In this document: positions 1 to 8,444 of the stretch, one piece after another
Layout: each line of letters starts with the position of its first letter
How positions within the stretch are numbered: position 1 is the first letter of the stretch
From: Patescibacteria group bacterium
Lineage (GTDB): Bacteria; Patescibacteriota; Microgenomatia; 0-14-0-10-38-17
NCBI GenBank assembly: GCA_050953885.1
Contig: JBMNNJ010000001.1
Coordinates: forward strand, 74,132 to 138,131
Length of the DNA stretch: 64,000 bases
Reading direction: 5' to 3'
The notes under the pieces: generated by a model
Told to the model about the DNA's origin: nothing
Databases searched by the model: none
Seen by the model: the letters and a program-made list of their open reading frames with translations, nothing else
Program-made: the position numbers and the translations under genes

Positions 1-1174
1 TCGCGGCCACCGGCGCACCTATGTGGGGGCTCTGCCGGGGAGAATAATTCAGGGGATGAAAGAAGCGGGGACCAAAAACCCGGTTTTTATGCTTGACGAA
101 ATTGATAAGGTGGGGGCGGATTTTCGCGGCGATCCGGCCAGCGCCTTGCTTGAAGCATTGGATCCGGAGCAAAATAAAGAGTTTTCCGATCATTATCTTG
201 AGGTCCCTTATGATCTTTCTGAGGTTTTTTTCATCGCTACCGGTAATGTTTTAGATAATATTTTGCCTCCTTTGCGCGACCGAATGGAGATTATCCATTT
301 CCCCGGTTATACCGATGAGGAAAAGTATTTTATTGCCAAACGCTATCTTTGGCCGAAGCAATTAGAAGCTAATAGTCTTGAAAAAGAGGGAATTACCATT
401 ACGCCGGCGGCTTTGTATAAAATTATTCGTTCTTATACACGCGAGGCGGGAGTCCGTCAGCTGGAAAGAGAGTTGTCGAGGATTGCCAGAAAAAAGGCTC
501 GTCAGGTGGCGGAAGGAAAAAAAGTCGAGAAAAAAATTACCCCTGCTCAGCTTCACTCCCTGCTGGGGCCGGTGGAGTTTTCCTCTTTGGCGGCAGAGAC
601 CAAAGAAGAGGTGGGACGAGCCACGGGATTAGCCTGGACGCAGGCAGGGGGAGAAATTTTATTTATCGAGGTGGCGTTAATGCCGGGGAGAGGACAAATT
701 CTTTTAACCGGCCATTTGGGCGAGGTGATGAAGGAGTCCTGCCAAGCGGCAATTTCCTATGTCCGTAGCCATTGGGAGAAATTGGGGTTAAAAAAAGATT
801 TTAATAAGAATTTGGATATTCATGTCCATGTTCCCGAGGGGGCAGTGCCTAAAGATGGTCCTTCGGCGGGGGTGGCCATTGCCACAGCGGTGGTCTCAGC
901 GCTCACCGGCAAGCCGGTGAGAAGCGAGGTGGGGATGACGGGAGAAATTACCCTGCGGGGGAAGGTTTTGGAAATTGGCGGGGTAAAAGAAAAAGTTTTA
1001 GCCGCTCACCGCGCCGGTTTGAAAAAAGTGGTTTTACCAAAGGATAACAAGAAAAATTTGGAGGATATTCCAGCAAAAATCAGGAAGGAGATGAAATTTG
1101 TTTTTGCCGAAAATTTAGATGAGGTTTTTAAAGAGGCTTTGGTGGAGAATAAAAAGAAAAAATTAAAGACTTAA
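1..1174 (+). CDS. lon: Lon protease, C-terminal part (AAA+ C-terminal region and S16 proteolytic domain); 5' end cut by window edge
   Basis: Frame continuous from position 2. Conserved [15 protein letters not shown] and [14 protein letters not shown] motifs, and the catalytic-Ser motif [14 protein letters not shown]. Confidence 0.9.
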   Translation, partial: RGHRRTYVGALPGRIIQGMKEAGTKNPVFMLDEIDKVGADFRGDPASALLEALDPEQNKEFSDHYLEVPYDLSEVFFIATGNVLDNILPPLRDRMEIIHFPGYTDEEKYFIAKRYLWPKQLEANSLEKEGITITPAALYKIIRSYTREAGVRQLERELSRIARKKARQVAEGKKVEKKITPAQLHSLLGPVEFSSLAAETKEEVGRATGLAWTQAGGEILFIEVALMPGRGQILLTGHLGEVMKESCQAAISYVRSHWEKLGLKKDFNKNLDIHVHVPEGAVPKDGPSAGVAIATAVVSALTGKPVRSEVGMTGEITLRGKVLEIGGVKEKVLAAHRAGLKKVVLPKDNKKNLEDIPAKIRKEMKFVFAENLDEVFKEALVENKKKKLKT

Positions 1175-1486
1175 TTTTTTCCGTAATTGCTTAATTTCTA
1201 AAAGTGTTTTAGTAAGAATATTTGCTTTGCGTAGAGGAACAGCGTTGGAAGGAAGAACGCCTTCAGGAAATTTGTTTCCTATGATTTCTACTTCATTATT
1301 AACGCTGTAGATAATCTTAGGATTGGCAAGGGGAAAATCTTGGTTAAAGGATAATTGCTTTTCTTCTTCCAGGCGCTCTTTACCTTGCTTTAAATTTTGG
1401 CTTTTGGGTGTCTGCAACATCTCTTTTCTTGCTCTCCCCCAGCTAAGCCGGGCTATATATCGTTCGTTTTCTACTATTCTGGCCAT
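1163..1486 (-). CDS. hypothetical protein (107 aa), starts 17 nt after the tRNA-Glu 3' end on the same strand
   Basis: Intact ORF; I recognise no family. Its position suggests co-transcription with the tRNA. Confidence 0.35.
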   Translation of the reverse strand: MARIVENERYIARLSWGRARKEMLQTPKSQNLKQGKERLEEEKQLSFNQDFPLANPKIIYSVNNEVEIIGNKFPEGVLPSNAVPLRKANILTKTLLEIKQLRKKLSL

Positions 1487-1502
1487 GTTATGTTTTAATT
1501 TG

Positions 1503-1574
1503 TAGCCCCATCGGGATTTGAACCCGAATTGCCAGGATGAGAACCTGGTGTCCTAACCGTTAGACGATAGGGCC
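1503..1574 (-). tRNA. tRNA-Glu (anticodon CUC), CCA not encoded
   Basis: Reverse complement folds as a cloverleaf: acceptor GGCCCTA/TGGGGCT, D-arm GTCTAACGGTTAGGAC, anticodon stem CCAGG/CCTGG with loop TTCTCAT, T-arm TCGGG-TTCAAAT-CCCGA. Confidence 0.8.
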
Positions 1575-1640
1575 GGAAAATTTTCTGCCGTCGGCAGAAA
1601 ATTTAATCCGCCAGCTGGTGGATTGCCTTTTGACTTTTCT

Positions 1641-1669
1641 ATTATATCTTCTTTCCTTTTTCTTGACAA
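1641..1669 (-). promoter_or_regulatory. near-consensus promoter for tRNA-Glu on the minus strand, TTGTCA-17-TATAAT; its -35 overlaps the greA -35 back to back
   Basis: Reverse complement of 1641-1669 reads ttgtca-17nt-tataat. It shares the palindromic ttgacaa core with the plus-strand promoter. Confidence 0.45.
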
Positions 1670-1691
1670 GGGAAGGTTAAAGTAATATAAT
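1663..1691 (+). promoter_or_regulatory. consensus sigma-70-like promoter for greA, TTGACA-17-TATAAT
   Basis: ttgaca at 1663-1668, 17-nt spacer, tataat at 1686-1691, about 88 nt upstream of the greA ATG. Confidence 0.55.
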
Positions 1692-1778
1692 CCCTTCATT
1701 CTTTAAATTTTCCAAGGCGGAAACGTTTTTTAATCTGCAGAAAAAGGGCTTCTTCTGGGTTATTTTTAGCTACGTTTT

Positions 1779-2243
1779 TTGAATATGGATAAAAAAATAT
1801 TAACTCCTGAAGGATTTCGTGATCTTCAGGAAAAATTAGACCAGTTAAGAAAAAAGCGACCGGCGATTTTGGACCGGCTGGAACATGCTCGAAATATGGG
1901 TGATTTGGCAGAGAATAGCGAATATACCCAAGCTAAGCAAGATTTGGAATTTTTGGACCACCAGATTGACGAGTTAGAAGAGAAAATTAGCCAAGCGCAA
2001 GTGGTTGGCGACGAGGATAAAAACGGTCAGGTAAAAATTGGTAGCCGGGTAGAGGTGGTTTTGGGCCAAAAAACGAGTGTTCTTTCGGTTGTTGGCGATG
2101 ATGAGGGCAATCCTTTGGCGGCAAAAATTTCTTATTCCTCGCCCTTAGGCCAAGCTCTTTTGGGGAAAAAAGCCGGCGAGGAAGCAGTGCTTAAAACCCC
2201 AACGGGGGAAGAATTAGTTTATAAGATTAAAAAAGTTAGTTAA
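1779..2243 (+). CDS. greA: transcription elongation factor GreA
   Basis: 154 aa with N-terminal coiled coil (LTPEGFRDLQEKLDQLR, MGDLAENSEY) and C-terminal FKBP-like domain. Confidence 0.9.
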   Translation: MNMDKKILTPEGFRDLQEKLDQLRKKRPAILDRLEHARNMGDLAENSEYTQAKQDLEFLDHQIDELEEKISQAQVVGDEDKNGQVKIGSRVEVVLGQKTSVLSVVGDDEGNPLAAKISYSSPLGQALLGKKAGEEAVLKTPTGEELVYKIKKVS

Positions 2244-2276
2244 AAGAGAATTTTTTGTGGTAAACTAAGGCTTAAG

Positions 2277-3737
2277 ATGAATGCGCGTTTGGAAGAAATT
2301 CGTCAAGAGAGAATTAAGAAACTTCAACAGTGGCGCCAATTTGGCGTTGATCCTTTTCCTCCCCGCACCCCCCCGAGAGAACCAATAGAAGAGGCAAGAA
2401 AAAAAGAAGGAGAAAAAGTGAGCGTTTGCGGGCGGATTAAGGCTTGGCGGGGTCATGGCGGCTCTTCTTTTGCCGATCTTTACGATCAGAGCGGCAAGAT
2501 TCAACTTTTTTTCAGCCGTCGTGATTTAGGAGAAGAAAATTATCAGCGTCTTGAGCTTTTGGATATTGGTGACTTTCTTTTTGCTCAGGGGGAAGTTTTT
2601 ACCACCCAAAAAGGGGAAGTAAGCATTAAAGTTTCTTCTTACCAGCTTTTAGCTAAGTCTTTACGTCCTTTGCCGGGAAAATGGCGAGGGTTGCGGGATA
2701 TTGAATTGCGTTGCCGCAAGCGCTATTTGGATCTTTTAGTTAATCCTTCTTCGCGGGATGTTTTTTTAAAACGAAGCCAAATAGTGAGTTTCATGCGCTC
2801 TTTTTTGGAAAAAAGAGGCTTTTTAGAGGTAGAAACCCCCACACTTCAGCCAATTTACGGCGGGGCTTCGGCGCGGCCTTTTGTTACCCATCATCACGCC
2901 TTAGATGTTGATCTTTATCTGAAGGTTTCCGACGAGCTTTATCTTAAGCGGTTGATTATTGGGGGGATTGAGAAGGTTTTTGAAATTGACCATAATTTCC
3001 GGAATGAAGGCATTGATAAGCATCATAATCCGGAGTTTACGATGATGGAATGCTACTGGGCTTATGCCGATTATCAGGATATGATGACGCTGACAGAAGA
3101 GCTTTTTTCACAATTGGCCAAGGAAGTTTTAGGCAAGACGATAATTTCCTATCAAGGCCATAAAATTAACTTAAAAGCGCCTTGGGAAAGAATAAACATG
3201 GCCGAAGCTATTAAGCACTACTTGGGTTGGGACGCTAAAAAGATAAGCGATCGGGAGTTAAAGAAAAAGTTGGCGCAAAGGAAAATTACCTTGCCGGGAA
3301 AATTTAACCGGGGTTTGGCAATTGCCGCTCTTTTTGAGGAAGTAGAACCTTATTTAATTCAGCCTACGATCATCTATGATTATCCTAAGGAAACAACGAT
3401 GCTTTGCAAGTTAAAGCCCGGGAATCCGGATTTAATTGAACGCTTTGAGCCTTATATTGCCGGCATGGAGGTGGGCAATGCTTATTCGGAATTAAATGAT
3501 CCCCTTCTTCAACGAGAGTTTTTTGCGGATCAAGTAAGAAGAAAAAAAGCTGGCGAAGAAGAAGCCACGCCCATGGATGAGGATTTTCTTGAGGCAATGG
3601 AGTATGGGATGCCCCCTACCGGGGGTTTAGGAATTGGTATTGACCGGATGGTGATGCTTTTAACGGGGCAGGAAAATATTCGCGATGTGATTTTATTCCC
3701 AACGCTTAAGCCGAAGAAAGAAGAGAAGAGTATTTAG
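2277..3737 (+). CDS. lysS: lysyl-tRNA synthetase (class II)
   Basis: N-terminal OB domain and class II core motifs FLEVETP, FRNEG, GGLGIGIDRMVMLLTG. Confidence 0.95.
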   Translation: MNARLEEIRQERIKKLQQWRQFGVDPFPPRTPPREPIEEARKKEGEKVSVCGRIKAWRGHGGSSFADLYDQSGKIQLFFSRRDLGEENYQRLELLDIGDFLFAQGEVFTTQKGEVSIKVSSYQLLAKSLRPLPGKWRGLRDIELRCRKRYLDLLVNPSSRDVFLKRSQIVSFMRSFLEKRGFLEVETPTLQPIYGGASARPFVTHHHALDVDLYLKVSDELYLKRLIIGGIEKVFEIDHNFRNEGIDKHHNPEFTMMECYWAYADYQDMMTLTEELFSQLAKEVLGKTIISYQGHKINLKAPWERINMAEAIKHYLGWDAKKISDRELKKKLAQRKITLPGKFNRGLAIAALFEEVEPYLIQPTIIYDYPKETTMLCKLKPGNPDLIERFEPYIAGMEVGNAYSELNDPLLQREFFADQVRRKKAGEEEATPMDEDFLEAMEYGMPPTGGLGIGIDRMVMLLTGQENIRDVILFPTLKPKKEEKSI

Positions 3738-3780
3738 TATTAAGTATCAGGTATGAAAATGTTAAATAGAAATTGGGAAT

Positions 3781-4030
3781 TCGCCCCGCTCTGGCGGGGC
3801 TGAAATTAAGAAATTGAAAATGGGGAAAAATTTTGTTTCATTATTGCGGGCTGACCATAACTGTCATTCTGACGAAAGTCAGAACGAATAACTAAATTCA
3901 AAAGTTAAAATTTAAAAGTCAAAAGTACAAGTTAAAATTAAAAAGTAGAGCAAAAAGAACTTTTAACTTTTGACTTGCAATTTTGATCCGCCAGCTGGCG
4001 GATTGACTTTTGAATTTTGAATTATTTTTT
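3781..4030. repeat. intergenic repeat cluster: GC hairpin gccccgc-tctg-gcggggc (possible lysS terminator), gtcattctgacgaaagtcagaa hairpin, AT-rich k-mer element, ccgccagctggcgg palindrome
   Basis: Every module recurs elsewhere in the window; see findings. Confidence 0.7.
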
Positions 4031-4094
4031 CGTCTTCTATTCGTGTCAATTCGTGTATCTTAGTAATTTGACAATATAACAATTTAGTTTATCT

Positions 4095-4643
4095 ATGATC
4101 ACTCGTGAAGAAGCCTTAAAACTTTTGGAAGAAAATTTATCCAATCAAAATTTGGTAAAGCATAGTTTGGCTTCAGAAGCAGTAATGCGCGCTTTGGCGC
4201 GTTATTTGGGCGAGAATGAAGAGGAGTGGGGTTTGGCCGGGCTTTTGCATGATTTAGACGCTCAAATTGTCTCGCCCCAAGAGCATGGTTTGAAAACGGT
4301 GGCCATTTTGGGAGAAAGGATCACTCCTGCCATGGCGCAGGCGATTAAGGCTCATAACCAACCTTTTAATAATATTAAACGAGAAAGCAAGTTTGATTAC
4401 GCTTTGGCAGCGGGGGAAACAATTACCGGTTTAATTGTCGCTTCAACGTTGGTTTTGCCGAGCAAAAAATTAGCCGATTTAAAAGCCGAGAGTGTTTTGA
4501 AAAGATTTGGGGAAAAGCATTTTGCCGCTGGGGCGCGGCGGGAAGATATTATTTTATGCGAAAAGCTGGGATTAAGCTTGGAAGAGTTTGTTTCCCTTGC
4601 CTTAAAAGCGATGCAGGAGGTAAGCGGGGAATTAGGGTTATAA
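4095..4643 (+). CDS. HD-domain metal-dependent phosphohydrolase (small, 182 aa)
   Basis: H...HD signature (VKHSLASEAV ... GLLHDLD). Confidence 0.6.
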   Translation: MITREEALKLLEENLSNQNLVKHSLASEAVMRALARYLGENEEEWGLAGLLHDLDAQIVSPQEHGLKTVAILGERITPAMAQAIKAHNQPFNNIKRESKFDYALAAGETITGLIVASTLVLPSKKLADLKAESVLKRFGEKHFAAGARREDIILCEKLGLSLEEFVSLALKAMQEVSGELGL

Positions 4644-4747
4644 TAAGATAAATTATTAAACTGTTAAATTGTTATATTTTTTAGAAAATTCAAAATTAAA
4701 ACAAAAAAAACTTTTGACTTTTGAATTTTGCATTTTGAATTATCTTT

Positions 4748-6004
4748 ATGCTTTCTATCGACTTTATTCGCCAAAACAAGGAGTTGGTTAAAAAGGAAGC
4801 GGTAGAAAAACAGCTTGATCCCAAGGTGGTGGATCAGCTTTTAGCCATTGACGAGGAAAGGCGGGAGCTAATTCAGAAAATAGAAGTCCTGCGTCAGCAA
4901 AGAAAAACTGCTTCTCAAAAGAGAGACATTGAGACGGGGAAAAAGATAAAAGAAGAGTTGGGAAAGCTTGAGTCGGAGCTTAAAAAGAAAGAAGAGGAAT
5001 ATAAAAACCTCATGCTTTTGGTTCCCAATATTTCCTCGCCGGATACACCCCTGGAAGATAAGGAAATTTATCGTTGGGGTAAGAAGCCAAAATTTAATTT
5101 TCCGCCGCTTTCTCATCTTGAGTTGGGGGAAAAGTTAGACCTTATTGACCTTGAAAAAGGAGTGCAAACCGCCGGCTTTAGGGGTTATTATCTTAAAAAT
5201 GAAGCGGCCCAACTTCATTTTGCCCTTCTTTTTTATGCTTGGCAGAAAATTATCAGCAAAGGCTTTACTCCGCTGTTAGTGCCAACAATTTTGCGGGAAT
5301 TTGCTCTCTTAGGAAGCGGCCATTTTCCTTTTGGCCGGGAGGATATCTATCAGATTGCCAATCCCGGTAAGCTTGAAAGCGGGAAAACCATAAGCGAACC
5401 ATTGTTTTTAGCCGGTACCGCCGAACCCTCTCTTTTGGCATATTTTGCCAACGAAACTTTAAAAGAAGAGGATTTGCCGGTTAAAGTTTGCGGCTGGACA
5501 CAGTGTTATCGCTCGGAGGTGGGCAGTTACGGCCGTGACACGCAAGGGATTTACCGGATTCATGAGTTTATGAAGGTGGAACAGGTAGTTTTATGCCCGG
5601 CCGATGAGAAAGTTTCTGACGAGTGGTTGGAGAAAATGCGTATTTATTCGGAAGAAATTTTGCGTGATTTAAAACTTCCTTATCGGGTTATTCAAGTAGG
5701 GAAAAAAGAAATGGGGGCAGGAAAGAGGAAAATGTATGACTTGGAAACCTGGATGCCCTCGCGGCAAGGTTATGGGGAAACCCATTCCGATTCAAATTTA
5801 ACCGACTGGCAGGCGCGGCGGTTAAATATTAAGTATAAGACCAAAAAAGGAGAAATAAAGTTTGTACATTGTCTTAATAACACCGTTTTGGCCTCGCCGC
5901 GAATTTTAATTGCCGTTTTGGAAAATTTTCAGCAAAAAGACGGCTCCATTTTAATCCCCAAAGTTTTACAAAAACTGGTCGGAAAGAAAAAAATCGCCCG
6001 CTGA
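4748..6004 (+). CDS. serS: seryl-tRNA synthetase
   Basis: N-terminal coiled-coil arm followed by a class II core (GFTPLLVPTILRE, YRSEVGSYGRDTQGIYRIHEF, GETHSDSNLTDWQARRL). Confidence 0.9.
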   Translation: MLSIDFIRQNKELVKKEAVEKQLDPKVVDQLLAIDEERRELIQKIEVLRQQRKTASQKRDIETGKKIKEELGKLESELKKKEEEYKNLMLLVPNISSPDTPLEDKEIYRWGKKPKFNFPPLSHLELGEKLDLIDLEKGVQTAGFRGYYLKNEAAQLHFALLFYAWQKIISKGFTPLLVPTILREFALLGSGHFPFGREDIYQIANPGKLESGKTISEPLFLAGTAEPSLLAYFANETLKEEDLPVKVCGWTQCYRSEVGSYGRDTQGIYRIHEFMKVEQVVLCPADEKVSDEWLEKMRIYSEEILRDLKLPYRVIQVGKKEMGAGKRKMYDLETWMPSRQGYGETHSDSNLTDWQARRLNIKYKTKKGEIKFVHCLNNTVLASPRILIAVLENFQQKDGSILIPKVLQKLVGKKKIAR

Positions 6005-6089
6005 GTCCCGGTGTTAATTAACTTTCAAGCTCAAAAAATCCTTCGAAAAAAGGACAGGGGTTTTTCTTGTTTTTTTGACGTGATAAGCA

Positions 6090-6133
6090 AATACTATAGA
6101 CACTAAATTGCTATATAGTAATTTAGTGAAAAA
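6090..6133. repeat. 45-bp conserved element containing a 26-28 bp near-perfect palindrome (cactaaattgctatatagtaatttagtg); second copy at 16316-16361
   Basis: Two copies about 10 kb apart, both followed by gaaaaa. Confidence 0.7.
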
Positions 6134-6204
6134 TTAAGAAAATTTTTTTTGGGGGGAGCAAATCTAATTTTTTAAAACCTGTCTTTTTAGTCTTGAAACC
6201 AGAG

Positions 6205-6285
6205 GTGTAAATAGCCCCGCCGTGGCGGGATCCGCCCCGAGCGGACCGCCAAAGGCGGATCCCGCTATGGCGGGACAACCCACCT
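6205..6285. repeat. GC-rich nested palindromes (gccccgccgtggcggg ... gggatccgcc/ggcggatccc ... cccgctatggcgggac) directly 3' of the minus-strand MiaB-like gene; possible terminator
   Basis: Related palindromes at 3783, 24054 and 30725. Confidence 0.6.
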
Positions 6286-8190
6286 CTAAGGTGTAACTGC
6301 TTTTTCCAGCCAATGGGCGGCTTTTTTTACAAGGGGTTCTTTTTCTTTTTCAGCCAAAGAAAGCATCTTAAAAGCAAGCTCTTCCCAGTTTTCAACTTTA
6401 TTTTTAAGCTTTACGGTGGTTACCAGAGCGGCTCTTTTTAGCCAAATGTTTTCGGAATTTAGCCAATCATAAAGAAGATTATTCTTTTTTGGGGAATTTT
6501 TTAAGACAGGAGCCAAAACTTCGCCGGCAAGAGTGTCAGTTACGGCCCAATTGTTAATATTTTTGGTAATTAATTTTTCTAACCAGGAAATATCTTTTAT
6601 TGCCAAATTTTTTTGGTATAAACCTAAAAGAAAAATCCCCGCCAGCTTGCTATCTAAATTTTTGGTAGAAATTAATTTTTCCGCGGTAGTAAAACAAACC
6701 GCGGTTGTTTTTAACTCTGGATATTCTTTCCAATATTTTTTAATGATTTTTCTGATTTCTTTTGTTCTCACTCCATAAGAAATAATTTTTTCTCCAATTA
6801 ACTTGTTGCGGCTTTGAGCGAATTTTTTATCTTGATTTTTCCGCAGTTCTTGATCAAGAAAGCGGGAAAAGTCTTTATCGGGTTTTTTCAAAAGTAATTT
6901 GCCGTAAAGTTTTTTATTGCCGGCCAGGCCGGTAATTTCTACGGGGATAATTTTGGGCGCTAATTTTTGAGAGGTGTCAATTTCTATTTCCCAAAAATTT
7001 TCCGTCAAGCCTTGCCATGCTTTCCCCCTTTTTCCTAAAATTAAGCAATTTAATTTTTTGCCGATGAGTTTTTTTCCTTCCTCTTGGCGAATTTCTTTGG
7101 TTAGAGCGCGAACTTTTCGGCTTCTTTCTTTTTTAATTTCCGGCGGGATTTCTTTCCAGAGACCCTTTTCAATCATTTTTTCGGCAGTAGTACCCGGTCG
7201 GGGAGAGAAACGAAAGGTGTGGGTAAAGGCAATTCTTGTCTCTTCAATATATTGTAGCGTTTGCCGAAAATCTTCTTCGGTTTCTCCCGGAAAGCCAACT
7301 AAAATGTCCGCCCGCAAATTAAATTCAGGGATTTCTTGTTTTATATATTGTAGTAGCTTTTTTGTTTTATTTAGATCGGTTTTTGGCCGATTCATTAATC
7401 GGTGAAGACGGGGCGAGCCGGTTTGGAGGGCAAGATGAAAATAAATAGAAAGGCGTTTTTCTTGTTGATGGTCTTTTAGATAAGTTTCTATAAGAGAGGG
7501 AGTAATTAAATTAGGGGTAAGTGAGCTTAGGGAAAGGCGAGGGATTTTCGTTTTTGTTAAGATTAAATTGATAAGATCGTTAAGGTTAAGATTGGGTTTT
7601 AAGTCTTGGCCAAAGGCAGAAAGATTAATACCGCATAAAACCACTTCCTGAACACCCCGACCTACCAGTTGGTTAATTTCTTTAATAATTTCTTTTGGCG
7701 GTTTGCTTTGAAAGTTGGGGCGCAAAAGAGGGACGATGCAGAAGGAACAATATTGTTGGCAACCGTCCTGAATTTTTACCCATTCTCGAGCCGGCGCTTC
7801 TTTGCCTTGAAAAGTTTTTTTCTTTTCCGGAAAATGTGGAAAGCAAGACGCGATTATTTGGGGAATTTTTTCTTTATCGGGATTACCAATAAAAAGATCG
7901 GCCGCCGGTAAGTTTATTCCTAATTTTTTTTGGACCTCAACGGCGCAACCGGTGGCCACTAAAAAACTTTGGGGGAATTCTTTCTTAAAATGGTTGATGG
8001 CCTGACGGGCTTCATGCTCGGCTTTTTTAGTAACGGCACAGGTGTTTAAAATGATTAAGTCGGGAGCGGTTTTATTTTTGGTGTCAAAAAGAGCAAAACC
8101 TTTATCAATTAACTCTTCTTGAATTTTTTTGCTTTCTGCTTGGTTAACCCGACAACCGAAGGTTTGGATGAGGAAAGAAGGCGGTTTCAT
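6286..8190 (-). CDS. MiaB/RimO-family radical-SAM methylthiotransferase (MTTase N-domain, CxxxCxxC, TRAM) with an extra C-terminal ~190-aa AlkD/AlkC-like HEAT-repeat domain
   Basis: Start chosen at MKPPSFLIQTFGCRVNQ. Radical-SAM motif CQQYCSFC, TRAM segment, then a tail that aligns with AlkD (NWAVTDTLAGEVL, ENIWLKRAAL, KKAAHWLEKA). Confidence 0.8.
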   Translation of the reverse strand: MKPPSFLIQTFGCRVNQAESKKIQEELIDKGFALFDTKNKTAPDLIILNTCAVTKKAEHEARQAINHFKKEFPQSFLVATGCAVEVQKKLGINLPAADLFIGNPDKEKIPQIIASCFPHFPEKKKTFQGKEAPAREWVKIQDGCQQYCSFCIVPLLRPNFQSKPPKEIIKEINQLVGRGVQEVVLCGINLSAFGQDLKPNLNLNDLINLILTKTKIPRLSLSSLTPNLITPSLIETYLKDHQQEKRLSIYFHLALQTGSPRLHRLMNRPKTDLNKTKKLLQYIKQEIPEFNLRADILVGFPGETEEDFRQTLQYIEETRIAFTHTFRFSPRPGTTAEKMIEKGLWKEIPPEIKKERSRKVRALTKEIRQEEGKKLIGKKLNCLILGKRGKAWQGLTENFWEIEIDTSQKLAPKIIPVEITGLAGNKKLYGKLLLKKPDKDFSRFLDQELRKNQDKKFAQSRNKLIGEKIISYGVRTKEIRKIIKKYWKEYPELKTTAVCFTTAEKLISTKNLDSKLAGIFLLGLYQKNLAIKDISWLEKLITKNINNWAVTDTLAGEVLAPVLKNSPKKNNLLYDWLNSENIWLKRAALVTTVKLKNKVENWEELAFKMLSLAEKEKEPLVKKAAHWLEKAVTP

Positions 8191-8194
8191 GGCT

Positions 8195-8250
8195 AAAAAA
8201 CACGAATTAACGCGAACGGGAAACGAATGAACGCGAATGAGCGAATAATT
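8195..8250. repeat. acgcgaat / acgaatg periodic repeat array
   Basis: cacgaattaacgcgaacgggaaacgaatgaacgcgaatgagcgaat; related arrays at 18470, 21325 and 41858. Confidence 0.6.
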
Positions 8251-8256
8251 GGCAAA

Positions 8257-8346
8257 GCACACGGGATTAAACAGGATGTTTACGGGATGAAACAGGATAA
8301 AAAATCCCGTTCAATCCTGTCCTAAATCCTGTTGTATCCCGTGTGC
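8257..8346. repeat. about 90-bp imperfect palindrome (gcacacgggat ... acaggat x2 | atcctgt x2 ... atcccgtgtgc) in the divergent MiaB-like/secA intergenic region
   Basis: Arm-to-arm reverse-complement match read directly from the sequence. Confidence 0.7.
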
Positions 8347-8444
8347 TTCTCTATCAATTTAGCAATTTAACAATATCGCAGTTTATCTTTTCCATTATAT
8401 CATCAGCCTTAGCCTTGAAAGCAAAGATGGTTTATAATTAAACT

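Noticed and set aside
1503-1700. Integrative element inserted at tRNA-Glu
   Set aside because: There is no integrase, no direct repeat of the tRNA 3' end, and the flanking genes (lon, greA, lysS) are core housekeeping.
2244-2276. T-box or riboswitch leaders upstream of lysS and serS
   Set aside because: The lysS leader is only 33 nt. The serS upstream region (4644-4747) is AT-rich k-mer repeat with no specifier or antiterminator-like conserved boxes.
6533-7911. Several 65-143-aa plus-strand ORFs antisense to the MiaB-like gene
   Set aside because: They are embedded in a well-supported minus-strand gene and have low complexity with no conserved motifs.
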